Positions 31,428-40,009 of a DNA stretch of 64,000 nucleotides are shown in pieces (position 1 is the first letter of the stretch; each line of letters begins with the position of its first letter). The notes beneath the pieces are model-generated. The model ran no database searches, was not told where the DNA came from, and saw only the letters and a program-made list of their open reading frames with translations. The stretch spans positions 23,174 through 87,173 of the forward strand of contig CAYXGG010000001.1 of the NCBI GenBank assembly GCA_964464475.1. Direction: 5' to 3'. The position numbers and the translations under genes were made by a program. Origin of the DNA: an uncultured Planctomycetales bacterium. Lineage in GTDB: Bacteria; Omnitrophota; Gorgyraeia; Zapsychrales; JAHFFX01.

Positions 31428-31853
31428 GTGATTATGGTGGTCAATAAACACATCAAAGGTTTTACTTTAATTGAAATCCTGCTGGTCGTGATTATCATCG
31501 GCGCTTTGGCGGCGATGGTCATTCCCCGTTTTGCGGGGCGTTCCGAACAGGCCAAAAAAGCGGTGGCTCAGTCGGACATTGAAGCTAACTTAGCTACGGC
31601 GCTTAAGCTTTATGAATTAGACAACGGTAATTTTCCTACCACGGCCCAGGGATTGGAGGCGTTATTAACCAAACCGACCACGCCCCCGGTTCCCAAAAAT
31701 TGGAATACACCGTATATTGAGAAGGTCGCACTTGACCCTTGGGGGAGGCCTTATGTGTATGCATCTCCGGGCGATCATCGCACCGATTATGATTTGTATT
31801 CCAAAGGCAGGGATGAATCGAAAGAGGACGATGATATCGTTAATTGGAAATAG
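31428..31853 (+). CDS. gspG: Major pseudopilin (GspG family, 141 aa).
   Basis: It has a type IV prepilin N-terminus (KGFTLIEILLVVIIIGALAAMVIPRF) and a GspG core (QAKKAVAQSDIEANLATALKLYELDNGNFPTTAQGLEALLTKP ... LDPWGRPYVYASPG...DYDLYSKGRD). Confidence 0.9.
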   Translation: MIMVVNKHIKGFTLIEILLVVIIIGALAAMVIPRFAGRSEQAKKAVAQSDIEANLATALKLYELDNGNFPTTAQGLEALLTKPTTPPVPKNWNTPYIEKVALDPWGRPYVYASPGDHRTDYDLYSKGRDESKEDDDIVNWK

Positions 31854-31854
31854 A

Positions 31855-32277
31855 TTGTTTGTCCCTGGATTAGCCCTACCATCGGGAAGGCGGCGTCAGC
31901 CTAAAGGGATGACATTTTTGGAAGTGCTTTTGACAGCGTCGATCCTCTCTTTGGGGTTTGTTGGGGTTTATCGAATTTATTTTTCAATTTTTGACGCGTA
32001 TCATCATTTATCCTGTCGCTTACAGGCTTTTAATGTCATGAATGATCACTTAAGTCAGCTGCAGCGGTATCTTCAGGATAGTGGTCAGCTGCCTTTGGGA
32101 GGAGAGTCCCAGAGTCGGACTGTGACCATTGATCGGCAGGAAGTTGTTTTTTCTACACAGTCTCACTGGGAAAACGTTGATGATCTACCTAAAATATTCC
32201 GAGTGACGATTGAATTAAATTGGCGAGAACGTTTGGGCCCCAAACAGTTAACCCGAACCCTATTTCTTTCCGCCTAA
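31855..32277 (+). CDS. Minor pseudopilin / prepilin-like protein (GspH/I-like). Its start is uncertain, either TTG at 31855 or ATG at 31909.
   Basis: It contains the prepilin-type N-terminal helix G-MTFLEVLLTASILSLGFVGVY preceded by a basic leader (GRRRQPKG). The upstream 40 codons of the ORF-track call overlap gspG and were discounted. Confidence 0.55.
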   Translation: MFVPGLALPSGRRRQPKGMTFLEVLLTASILSLGFVGVYRIYFSIFDAYHHLSCRLQAFNVMNDHLSQLQRYLQDSGQLPLGGESQSRTVTIDRQEVVFSTQSHWENVDDLPKIFRVTIELNWRERLGPKQLTRTLFLSA

Positions 32278-32289
32278 CCATAACTATCC

Positions 32290-32919
32290 GTGCGCACTAT
32301 TTCCCATCCGTTATTTCGAAAGAAGAGTCATACGAGCGGTTTTACGTTGCTAGAGACTCTGCTGGTCGCGTCGTTAGTCTCGCTTGTGGGTGCCGCATTA
32401 TTTCAGGCGGTAACCAATGGATTAAAGCTTTGGCAACGCAGCCGAATCGTGGTTGTTGAGGAAGATGCGTTGATTTTTTTTGATAAATTGGCAAGAGATT
32501 TGGAAAACAGTGTGCGTTTTTCATTGCTTTCTTTTGATGGAAAGTCGCGCCGCTTGATTATTCCCACCCGGGTGCAGATTGAGCCTGAGCCCCGTTCGTC
32601 TTTTCGGCAGGATCAACTGACGACACAGCTGGGGCTCGTGGAGTATTCCTGGGACGCGGCGAGCCATGCGGTTATCCGACGACAATCTTCCTATGGAGAG
32701 GCTTTGGCGCGCAGCTTCGGTCCGCCTCAAACATTAGTGACTTCCGTCGACGCGATGCGTTTTCGCTATTTTGCGGATGGGGGAGATGGTAGGGCCTCCC
32801 CGCGCGAAGCCGTGAGCTATCGGCCCTTGGCGGTAGAGGTTCACCTAACGCTTAAAGATGAACGTGGCGAACGTAATCTTAGTCGATTCATTAACTTGCC
32901 TTTTGGGGGACAACCATGA
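32290..32919 (+). CDS. Minor pseudopilin (GspJ/PilW-like, 209 aa).
   Basis: The leader ends ...KKSHTSG and is followed by FTLLETLLVASLVSLVGAALF, a class III signal with Glu at +5. Its size and position between pseudopilin genes support the call. Confidence 0.6.
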   Translation: MRTISHPLFRKKSHTSGFTLLETLLVASLVSLVGAALFQAVTNGLKLWQRSRIVVVEEDALIFFDKLARDLENSVRFSLLSFDGKSRRLIIPTRVQIEPEPRSSFRQDQLTTQLGLVEYSWDAASHAVIRRQSSYGEALARSFGPPQTLVTSVDAMRFRYFADGGDGRASPREAVSYRPLAVEVHLTLKDERGERNLSRFINLPFGGQP

Positions 32920-33959
32920 AACGCTGTCTACGTTCCCGGCAAGGAAGTTTGCTGGTATTGGCTTTATGGTCTTTGGGGTTGTTGGCGGTGTTGGTGATCG
33001 CGATGGCATCCAATTTACGCCAGAAAATGAGTTTGTTGGGGCGATTGGAAAAACGAGAGACTACTCTGGCGGTCGCTCAGGCGGGGGTTCAGTACGCCAT
33101 GGCTTTTTTAAATAATGATCTGGAGAAGAATGGCTTTGATCTAACGCACAAAACAAAAATGAACCGGATGAATAATCCCCATCGCTTTAACGAGATCATA
33201 CTTCCGGATGGAGTTGCGCAAGTGAGCTATCAACTTTCCGTCGGCGGTGTTGAATCGGAAAAAATGTATGGTATCATGGATGAAGAAAGTAAAATAAATC
33301 TTAATCACGTCGACGAGAAGGTCATCCGATCCTTGCTGGGAGAAATTTTGAAATTAAGCGGTGATGAATTGGATCAATTATCAGTGAGTATTGCGGATTG
33401 GCGCAAAATTGGTTCCAGCGAACTGTCCGGATTTTATAGTGATGATTATTATCAAAATTTACGTTCGCCCTACCCGGTCAAGGACGCGGATTATGAACTA
33501 TTAGATGAATTGTTGCTGGTTCGGGGCATGTCTCAGGAGATTTATGACGTGGTGCGTTCCTATGTCACCCTCCTGGGAGATGGTCGGGTGAATGTTAACA
33601 CGGCTTCTGGACCAGTTTTGCGAGCTTTGGGGTTGGATTCATTGGTCGTTGATAAAATTTTAATAGCCCGCTCGGGGGCAGACGGCCAAGAAGCCACGGC
33701 CGATGATTTATTTTTTATGCGTCCTTACGATGTGGCGACCGACGTTCATTCGATAGTCCCTCTGAAACCTGAAGAAATTGCTCAGATTGAAGAAGTGAAT
33801 GCCCGCGGATTGCTGGGGATCCAATCCAGTTTTTATCGGATAGAAAGTTTCGGTCGTCTCTCGGGAGCCTCATCGGGGGAAAAAATCATGGCTATTTTTG
33901 ATGCCACACAGCGTAAATGCATCTACTGGCATCAGGAATCAACGGCGAGTTTAAATTAA
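32916..33959 (+). CDS. gspK: GspK-like minor pseudopilin (347 aa).
   Basis: The N-terminus RQGSLLVLALWSLGLLAVLVIAM is GspK-type (GSALvlvLw..llL..l). It has a large periplasmic domain. There is a 4-nt overlap with the upstream gene. Confidence 0.6.
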   Translation: MKRCLRSRQGSLLVLALWSLGLLAVLVIAMASNLRQKMSLLGRLEKRETTLAVAQAGVQYAMAFLNNDLEKNGFDLTHKTKMNRMNNPHRFNEIILPDGVAQVSYQLSVGGVESEKMYGIMDEESKINLNHVDEKVIRSLLGEILKLSGDELDQLSVSIADWRKIGSSELSGFYSDDYYQNLRSPYPVKDADYELLDELLLVRGMSQEIYDVVRSYVTLLGDGRVNVNTASGPVLRALGLDSLVVDKILIARSGADGQEATADDLFFMRPYDVATDVHSIVPLKPEEIAQIEEVNARGLLGIQSSFYRIESFGRLSGASSGEKIMAIFDATQRKCIYWHQESTASLN

Positions 33960-33961
33960 CC

Positions 33962-35476
33962 ATGTTCTCAGCGGAACCAGATAATATCAGTGTCAGTTTA
34001 GTGAATGATGTCCTGCGGGTCGCGGGAGTTCGTGCGTCCGGTTCTTCACTGGAAGTGGTTATTTGCGCAAAACGTGACGTTAAAGGGCAGACCGAGGATG
34101 AAATTGCTAAAACGCTTCGATCCGTGTTAACGGGAGTCAATTTTAAAAAGATTCCAGCTTATTGCCTGATTCCACCGTCAGCCGTCACGACCAAAAATAT
34201 CGAGATTCCTTCCAAAGATCCTACGGAAATCAAATCAATTATTAATCTTCAGGCCGGGAGGCATACCCCGTACTCTCGAGAAGAAATTCAAATGGGTTAT
34301 ATCAACATCGGAGTCTATCAAGTTAACTACACCAAGGTTTTGCTAGTCATCGCCAACCGCCAAGTTATTAAGACGCCGCTGCGTATCATGGAGGCGGCCG
34401 GATTAAGGGTGGAAAAGGTTCTTTTTTCTCCAGAAGGGATCGGGCATTTCTATGGAAAAGCTTTAGGCTTTTCCCGGCACGATTCCCCCATTGGTATTAT
34501 TGATGTCGCCCAGGACGGGACCGATTTTATGATTGTGCTTAAAGGTATTGTTATTGCTTGCCGGCATATCCCTTGGGGCGCTTCGCAATTGGCTCAAGGA
34601 CAAAGTCATTTGAAAAAGCTAGTTGAAGAAATCCGTTTGTCGGTGGAAGCGTACATTAATGAAGATATTGATAAGCCTCCGCTACAGTATTTATTGACAT
34701 CGAAAGATCCCTTAGTGGCCGCTTTGGTCGAGCCTTTGTCGGTCCAATTATCAGTTCCGGTAAAGATTGAAGCGTATCGGGAAAAAATGCGTTTGACCGG
34801 TCCCGTTCAAAAAATATTGGCACCAATGGCGTCGGATTCCTTCTTGGATATTTTTGCTGGGGTTTACCAGCCTGCCGAAGCGCAGATCGATTTGCTACCT
34901 GAAGAAACCAAATTGCAACGCAGCATTCAATCCCAGGGCCACGAAGTCATCAAACTCGGCGCGTATGTCATTACCATTCTTATTTTCTTGACCTGCTTGT
35001 TCTTCGGTGAAATCTATTTTAAGAATACATTCTTAACTAAATTAAATGCTACTTATAGCAAACACCATGATCAGGTGGCGCAGCTTGAGAAGATTGCCGC
35101 GCGTACACGCATCGTCAAAGATTTTTTTAACAGTCGTATGACTACCTTAGAGGCGACTAAAGAGCTCTATAGGCTTTTACCGCAAGAAATATATCTGGAA
35201 AGCTTTTTATTGGATGATAAGGGAGCTTTAAGCATTAAAGGTATTTCCGAATCCATGTCCAAGGTTTTTTCTTTGGTTACGGCATTGGAAGAATCGAGTC
35301 TTTTTAAGAATGTTAAGACTCAGTCGACCAGCGCTAAGAAAGAGCGGGGCAAAGACGTTGCGGCTTTTGAGATTATTTTTAAGCTTGAGACTGCCAAGGA
35401 TGATCCGTCTCAGGTTAAAGGTGATACTAAAAAAGAAAATGCGAGTACTGAGGCCTCACGAGAGAATAAATCATGA
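33962..35476 (+). CDS. PilM-PilN fusion / GspL-like assembly protein: a cytoplasmic actin-like domain, one transmembrane helix and a periplasmic domain (about 505 aa).
   Basis: A PilM-like segment ...LLVIANRQVIKTPLRIMEAAGLRVEKVLFSPEGIGHFY is present. The internal transmembrane helix is LGAYVITILIFLTCLFFGEIYF, followed by a periplasmic region. An ATG 2 nt after the gspK stop was chosen over the overlapping upstream start. Confidence 0.55.
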   Translation: MFSAEPDNISVSLVNDVLRVAGVRASGSSLEVVICAKRDVKGQTEDEIAKTLRSVLTGVNFKKIPAYCLIPPSAVTTKNIEIPSKDPTEIKSIINLQAGRHTPYSREEIQMGYINIGVYQVNYTKVLLVIANRQVIKTPLRIMEAAGLRVEKVLFSPEGIGHFYGKALGFSRHDSPIGIIDVAQDGTDFMIVLKGIVIACRHIPWGASQLAQGQSHLKKLVEEIRLSVEAYINEDIDKPPLQYLLTSKDPLVAALVEPLSVQLSVPVKIEAYREKMRLTGPVQKILAPMASDSFLDIFAGVYQPAEAQIDLLPEETKLQRSIQSQGHEVIKLGAYVITILIFLTCLFFGEIYFKNTFLTKLNATYSKHHDQVAQLEKIAARTRIVKDFFNSRMTTLEATKELYRLLPQEIYLESFLLDDKGALSIKGISESMSKVFSLVTALEESSLFKNVKTQSTSAKKERGKDVAAFEIIFKLETAKDDPSQVKGDTKKENASTEASRENKS

Positions 35477-36192
35477 TCCAACAGTGGTTTGTTAAATTAT
35501 CCGCGGGAGAGCGCAAACTTTTTTATGGGGCGGCGGCTTTTTTATTGTTGGCGGTCATTGACCGTTCTTTCTGGGGGCCGGTCCGGGCGCAATTAAAACA
35601 AGTTGAAGAACGCATTCGGCACGAAGAAGGTAATATCCGGCAGAATTTGCGATTGCTAGCGTATAAAAAACGCATACTTGAAGAACAGGACGTATTCTCA
35701 TCTTATTTTATCCAGAAAGTAAGTTCGGAAGAAGAAATTATTGCCGAGTTTCTCAAGAAAATTGAAATCATGGCTACTGAAGCCAATATTAATTTAATCA
35801 AAGTGACGCCTTCAGAAGGTAAGCAGCGCAAGGGTTTTAAAGAGTATCTTGCGAGTTTGGAATGCGCCGGAAATATGGAACAGTTAATTAAATTTTTGCA
35901 TTTAATTGATGGATCTAAAGATTTATTGCGGACTTCCAAATTAGCGCTGCTACCTAAGAAAGGGTCCGAGACCAACGAAGTCAACGCGACGATGGCCATC
36001 ACCAAGGTGTTGATTGATCCTTTAGAAGGTATGCCGATGACTTCGAAAAAGAATAAGACGATTCGACTGGAAGATCTCGGTATCCAGGGCACGATGAATG
36101 TCCCCGTTAAGATGGAGTCCAACGTTCCCCCGGAGCCAAATGCGAAACCCAAAAGAGGAAATGTCGATGCGGTTAAGTTTTCGCAAGATTAA
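35473..36192 (+). CDS. PilO/GspM-like bitopic inner-membrane assembly protein (239 aa).
   Basis: It has a short cytoplasmic N-terminus, one transmembrane helix (LFYGAAAFLLLAVI) and a coiled-coil plus periplasmic domain. Its position after the GspL-like gene with a 4-nt overlap supports the call. Confidence 0.45.
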   Translation: MIQQWFVKLSAGERKLFYGAAAFLLLAVIDRSFWGPVRAQLKQVEERIRHEEGNIRQNLRLLAYKKRILEEQDVFSSYFIQKVSSEEEIIAEFLKKIEIMATEANINLIKVTPSEGKQRKGFKEYLASLECAGNMEQLIKFLHLIDGSKDLLRTSKLALLPKKGSETNEVNATMAITKVLIDPLEGMPMTSKKNKTIRLEDLGIQGTMNVPVKMESNVPPEPNAKPKRGNVDAVKFSQD

Positions 36193-37021
36193 AGTTTCCA
36201 TTATCTTTCTCATCGGGCTGCTGGCGTGGGCTGCGGGTGTTGCGGTCCCCGTTGCCGTTGCGCAACAAGAAATCCGGGACATCTATCAGCAGGCTGAGAC
36301 CGCGTTTAACGCTGGTGAGTATCAGAAAGCGATCAACCTTTTTGAAAAGGTTTTGGACCTGAATCCCAAATTTGCTCCCGCTTACAACGCTATTGGGCTT
36401 TGTCATAAGCAGATGAACACGCCATTGCCGGAAGTAATTTGGTATTTTAAGACAGCCCTAGAATATGATCCCAATTTTGTTGATGCCAGTAGTAGCCTTG
36501 CCAAGGCTTATTATGGGTTAGGCCAATTCGATAATGCCGAAAAAGTTTGTTTGGATGGACTGAAAATTAATCCGGACCACCTGGATTCAAAGCTGTCGTT
36601 GGGTTGGATTTACTTGCTGGGGAAGGGGAAACCTAAAGACGCGATTCCTTATTTCAAGGATGTCTTTGATCAGGCTCAGCTACCTAATGCGGCGCTCGGG
36701 CTGGGCATGGCGTATTTTATGAGTGATGATCGCGTGGGGGCCATGGATATGATTACGGCGCTGAAAGAATTAAAACAGATTGATATGGCGACACAGCTCG
36801 AGAATATGGTGCGTGGCAATGAGTTTAATAAGGAAGAAGAAGGTCGGCAGTTAGTTCATCCTGTTGAGCGCCCACCGCCTCGCGTTGCCCCGGGGGGAAC
36901 GACTATCACGGGTGCTAGCGGCGTGATGCGCGTGCGTTTACGCGGTAAACTCATCAATATGGGAAACGCGGAGATTCAAGGTTCCGCCAGTTCGGGGAAT
37001 CCTTCCGCAAGTTCGTATTAG
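36161..37021 (+). CDS. Secreted tetratricopeptide-repeat (TPR) protein. It may be a pilotin- or PilF-like protein; that is speculative.
   Basis: The signal peptide is MSMRLSFRKIKVSIIFLIGLLAWAAGVAVPVAVAQQ. TPR-like helices are present (YQKAINLFEKVLDLNPKFAPAYNAIGLCH; ALEYDPNFVDASSSLAKAYYGLGQFDNAEKV). It is the last gene of the + strand run. Confidence 0.55.
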   Translation: MSMRLSFRKIKVSIIFLIGLLAWAAGVAVPVAVAQQEIRDIYQQAETAFNAGEYQKAINLFEKVLDLNPKFAPAYNAIGLCHKQMNTPLPEVIWYFKTALEYDPNFVDASSSLAKAYYGLGQFDNAEKVCLDGLKINPDHLDSKLSLGWIYLLGKGKPKDAIPYFKDVFDQAQLPNAALGLGMAYFMSDDRVGAMDMITALKELKQIDMATQLENMVRGNEFNKEEEGRQLVHPVERPPPRVAPGGTTITGASGVMRVRLRGKLINMGNAEIQGSASSGNPSASSY

Positions 37022-39714
37022 TTTTCCCTGCTCGTTAGGGGTCCATCCAGTTCCTGCCGAAAATTATTCCAGTTGATTTCATAAACCAAAATCTGAGTTC
37101 TTCCCGTCAGGTCGCTGTCGGCAAAGAAGGGTTTAAAGAATTTAAGCCCTTGACCTTTGAAATAATATAATCGAAATAGCACTGAGCGCGCTAATCGAGG
37201 ATCCGCGAGGATGACGCTGAGGCGACCGTTATCATCTAATAACAGCACGTTATAGCCTAGAGTGTTGCCGGGAATTTTGGCTTCTACGTATTGTCCCTGC
37301 TCATCGAGGTATTGAATGGCCGCCGGAATTCCCTGGCCAAATTTAGGGGAGCGGATTTCGCAGCGTTTGGTCGATAAGTTTATGGCGACTCCCTGATCGA
37401 AGAGTACCGTATCGCCGGAGAGACCAACTGCATGAAGTGGTTCACTGTAGTGCAACGGCCCACCCGCTAGATTCCAAAGGAAATCAATATATTCTTTACT
37501 TTTGCGCGATGGAAGCTTAGCGCGTGTTGCTGGATGGGCGTTGATTTCTTCCACTTTCTTAAAATTCCAGCGATCCAGGAAACTTAATATCAGGCTTTTC
37601 TCGACGATTTCATTGTAAATGAATAGATATGCCGGTGGGGGTGCGGCGTGCGTGAGTTTAAGTAACGCGCGGGATTGTTCTGGAGGGAATGAGGCGTTGT
37701 TTAAAAACAGTTGGGCTTGGAATGGGTTGAGGCCGCCAATGACTTTGAGGAGTTCGACCGCTACGGATGTTTTGGCGCCGAGGCTGACCAAATAATCGCA
37801 GGCGGCGTTGGCGCTGTTGTTAAGCATGCGCAATATGCCTAAGGCTTCACGTTCATCGGTGGCTAGAAAAACATTAGCCATCCAGTAGGCTTGAGGAAAA
37901 TTAATGGTAGCTCCGTCAAAGGTGACACGACGCTTGGCCATCGCCTTGATAAAGTGCCCTGGCGGCCACCAGGAATTGACGATGGCGTCCTGAGGCGTCG
38001 CTTGATTTATTTTCTGGAACGCGTTGTCCCAGGTACGATTGTAGATGCGGGTAATTTGAGATGGCGTTGTCACCTGGGCGTGGATGACCGCCGGAATCAT
38101 CAGTAGCAACGGGATACTTCCGAGCGAAAGTTTGAACCAAGAGAAAGAGTTCTGCTTGTTCTGGGGGAATGGGAATTTGCTTTCAAGCCAATGCGTGAGT
38201 TCTTCCAGTCCAAAACAAATCAGCAGAACGAGTGGCGTTAAGAATAATAACGCGAAACGCTGAGCTCCTAAGGTCAGTAAGAAAGCGCTAGTGGCTAAGG
38301 CGAAGAATAGAATAATGCCAAAATAATTAGATTTCTCCCGGGATGAAAAGAATTTAATCGCGACGAGACCAGCGCCGAAGGCTCCTAATATTAATATCCA
38401 GCCACCGCCGCTGAGTTCAATCAAATCCGCTAAGGTCATCCGCTTTAATTCTCCGACGGTCACATAAATATCCGGCCAGATGGATAATTGCGGATTCATA
38501 AAATCTTTGAGCGCTTTGAGTCCTTCCGAAAATAGAGCAAAGAATTGAGTCGGTCCGAAAGTCACCGCAATACCTAAGAATGTCCCCAGCGCGAATGCCG
38601 GCCATATGAGCCAGAATCCCTTGCGGCGCTGGGTTACGGGTACGAGCCAGAGATTGAGTCCAGAAAGGATGATCAAGGTCAGGGTAATGATCGTAAAGTG
38701 AAACATCCAGCCGTGCCAGAATAGCGCGTAAAGATTCATAATAAGTCCTGCGATAAAACCGCTAAACAATCGTCCTCGGGGATTACTACCATCACGAAAT
38801 GCCAGTAACAGCGGCAGGCAAACCAGAAGCGGAAAAAGTAAACTGTAGGGGTCGTTGTCGTACCAGCCAAAAAGACTGCGTTTGATGAGTAGCGGGCAGC
38901 AAGCTAGTAGCATCGCTCCAGCCAGAGTCGTCATCGGGCGGAAATTAAGTAGCCACCCCGTCCAGACGAAGGCCAATAAGAAGAAGGCGGTGATGATTAG
39001 AGGCGTAAAGCTGACCGCGTACATGAGCTCGGTCTCTGGGCGAAAGAATTTGAGTACGTGATAAATAGTCAATCCCACATATGGATGAAGCGTTAAGGGC
39101 TCCCAGTGTCCCTCCGGGGCGAGCATCAGGCGATTTAAATATTTGCTGCCGGATTGGGAGTCACTTAAACGTCCGGTCGAAAGTAGGTTGTCGGTCAGGT
39201 TGTAATAATTAAAAGGGTCCGCTTCCAGAAGATAAGGATAACGCTGTGGGCCTGGCTGGGCCTTCTCTATTTGGACAGCCAGACGTTCAATGCGCTGCAA
39301 CAATGATTTGCTTTCAGTGTGCATGCGACGATCAAATTCTTTCTTGATGGTTTGGTCGCGAATTGCTTCGGGTAACTGTGGGGAATGCGTGATAATTTGT
39401 TCAGCGACACTGGCGCGCAATTGATTGATGGCCAATAGGCTGGCTTTCTCGTAAGACTCAGTGGAATAAAAATGACGCAGCGGGTAACTACGGAAATAAA
39501 GGGCTACCAGCACGGCAAGTATCCAAACCAGCGCATAGGCACCGAACGTGAGCGCGAATGAGGGGCGTAGCGTTGTCGGAGCTGGAGGTTGGGCTAAGGG
39601 AATATTTTTCATAACGGAAAAGATTGAGGCCATTGTAATGGGCGTTGGCAAGGGATGCAAGCCCGGAGCGGAAATTCTTAATCTGGAACGAGCATATTTT
39701 GAAAAAGTCGGCAA
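37018..39714 (-). CDS. Large multi-pass membrane protein with a C-terminal soluble domain (898 aa). It is a putative GT-C fold STT3/AglB-family oligosaccharyltransferase-like enzyme.
   Basis: It has roughly 13 predicted transmembrane helices in the N-terminal 520 aa. The first external loop carries LLEADPFNYYNLT, which resembles the STT3/AglB EL1 motif DP(Y/F)FNYR. A later loop carries SWWPPGHF, a variant of the WWDYG motif. A C-terminal periplasmic domain of about 370 aa is present. An alternative start lies at M28 (39633). Confidence 0.45.
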   Translation of the reverse strand: MPTFSKYARSRLRISAPGLHPLPTPITMASIFSVMKNIPLAQPPAPTTLRPSFALTFGAYALVWILAVLVALYFRSYPLRHFYSTESYEKASLLAINQLRASVAEQIITHSPQLPEAIRDQTIKKEFDRRMHTESKSLLQRIERLAVQIEKAQPGPQRYPYLLEADPFNYYNLTDNLLSTGRLSDSQSGSKYLNRLMLAPEGHWEPLTLHPYVGLTIYHVLKFFRPETELMYAVSFTPLIITAFFLLAFVWTGWLLNFRPMTTLAGAMLLACCPLLIKRSLFGWYDNDPYSLLFPLLVCLPLLLAFRDGSNPRGRLFSGFIAGLIMNLYALFWHGWMFHFTIITLTLIILSGLNLWLVPVTQRRKGFWLIWPAFALGTFLGIAVTFGPTQFFALFSEGLKALKDFMNPQLSIWPDIYVTVGELKRMTLADLIELSGGGWILILGAFGAGLVAIKFFSSREKSNYFGIILFFALATSAFLLTLGAQRFALLFLTPLVLLICFGLEELTHWLESKFPFPQNKQNSFSWFKLSLGSIPLLLMIPAVIHAQVTTPSQITRIYNRTWDNAFQKINQATPQDAIVNSWWPPGHFIKAMAKRRVTFDGATINFPQAYWMANVFLATDEREALGILRMLNNSANAACDYLVSLGAKTSVAVELLKVIGGLNPFQAQLFLNNASFPPEQSRALLKLTHAAPPPAYLFIYNEIVEKSLILSFLDRWNFKKVEEINAHPATRAKLPSRKSKEYIDFLWNLAGGPLHYSEPLHAVGLSGDTVLFDQGVAINLSTKRCEIRSPKFGQGIPAAIQYLDEQGQYVEAKIPGNTLGYNVLLLDDNGRLSVILADPRLARSVLFRLYYFKGQGLKFFKPFFADSDLTGRTQILVYEINWNNFRQELDGPLTSREN

Positions 39715-39799
39715 TTCTAACTTTACACTCCGAATTTAATTTGCTATATTGGTGCCTCTTTTGAGAGTAAAGGTGTCTTTGGTCTTTATAAAACTCTTT

Positions 39800-39875
39800 G
39801 GGCCATTAGCTCATCTGGTAGAGCAACTGACTCTTAATCAGTGGGTGGCAAGTTCAAGTCTTGCATGGCCCACCA
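39800..39875 (+). tRNA. tRNA-Lys (anticodon CUU).
   Basis: A cloverleaf was read by eye. The acceptor stem is GGGCCAT/ATGGCCC, the D arm is GCTC-ATCTGGTA-GAGC, the anticodon stem is ACTGA/TCAGT with loop CT-CTT-AA, and the T arm is GGCAAGTTCAAGTCTTGC. A 3' CCA is encoded. Confidence 0.85.
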
Positions 39876-39899
39876 AATTTTCATAATTTGGTGAGCGGA

Positions 39900-39945
39900 G
39901 GGCGGCATCCCGAAGGATTCGGGATGCCGCCCTTGCTTAAAATTA
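39900..39945 (+). terminator. Intrinsic terminator-like hairpin downstream of tRNA-Lys.
   Basis: A perfect 15-bp stem GGGCGGCATCCCGAA / TTCGGGATGCCGCCC has a GGA loop and is followed by the A/T-rich tract TTGCTTAAAATTATT. Confidence 0.55.
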
Positions 39946-40009
39946 TTAATTCCAGCTGGAATTATCTGGAAATCTTTTTAGAATAAATCCCGCGTAAAGG
40001 AGAAATTGA

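Noticed and set aside
31717-31908. The 5' extension of pseudopilin ORF 31717..32277 overlaps gspG.
   Set aside because: It overlaps gspG almost entirely in another frame. The prepilin leader and N-terminal helix begin near 31855 or 31909.
39740-39945. tRNA-Lys was considered as the attachment site of an integrated element or genomic-island boundary.
   Set aside because: No integrase, recombinase or direct repeat of the tRNA 3' end was seen within the window. The flanking genes look chromosomal.
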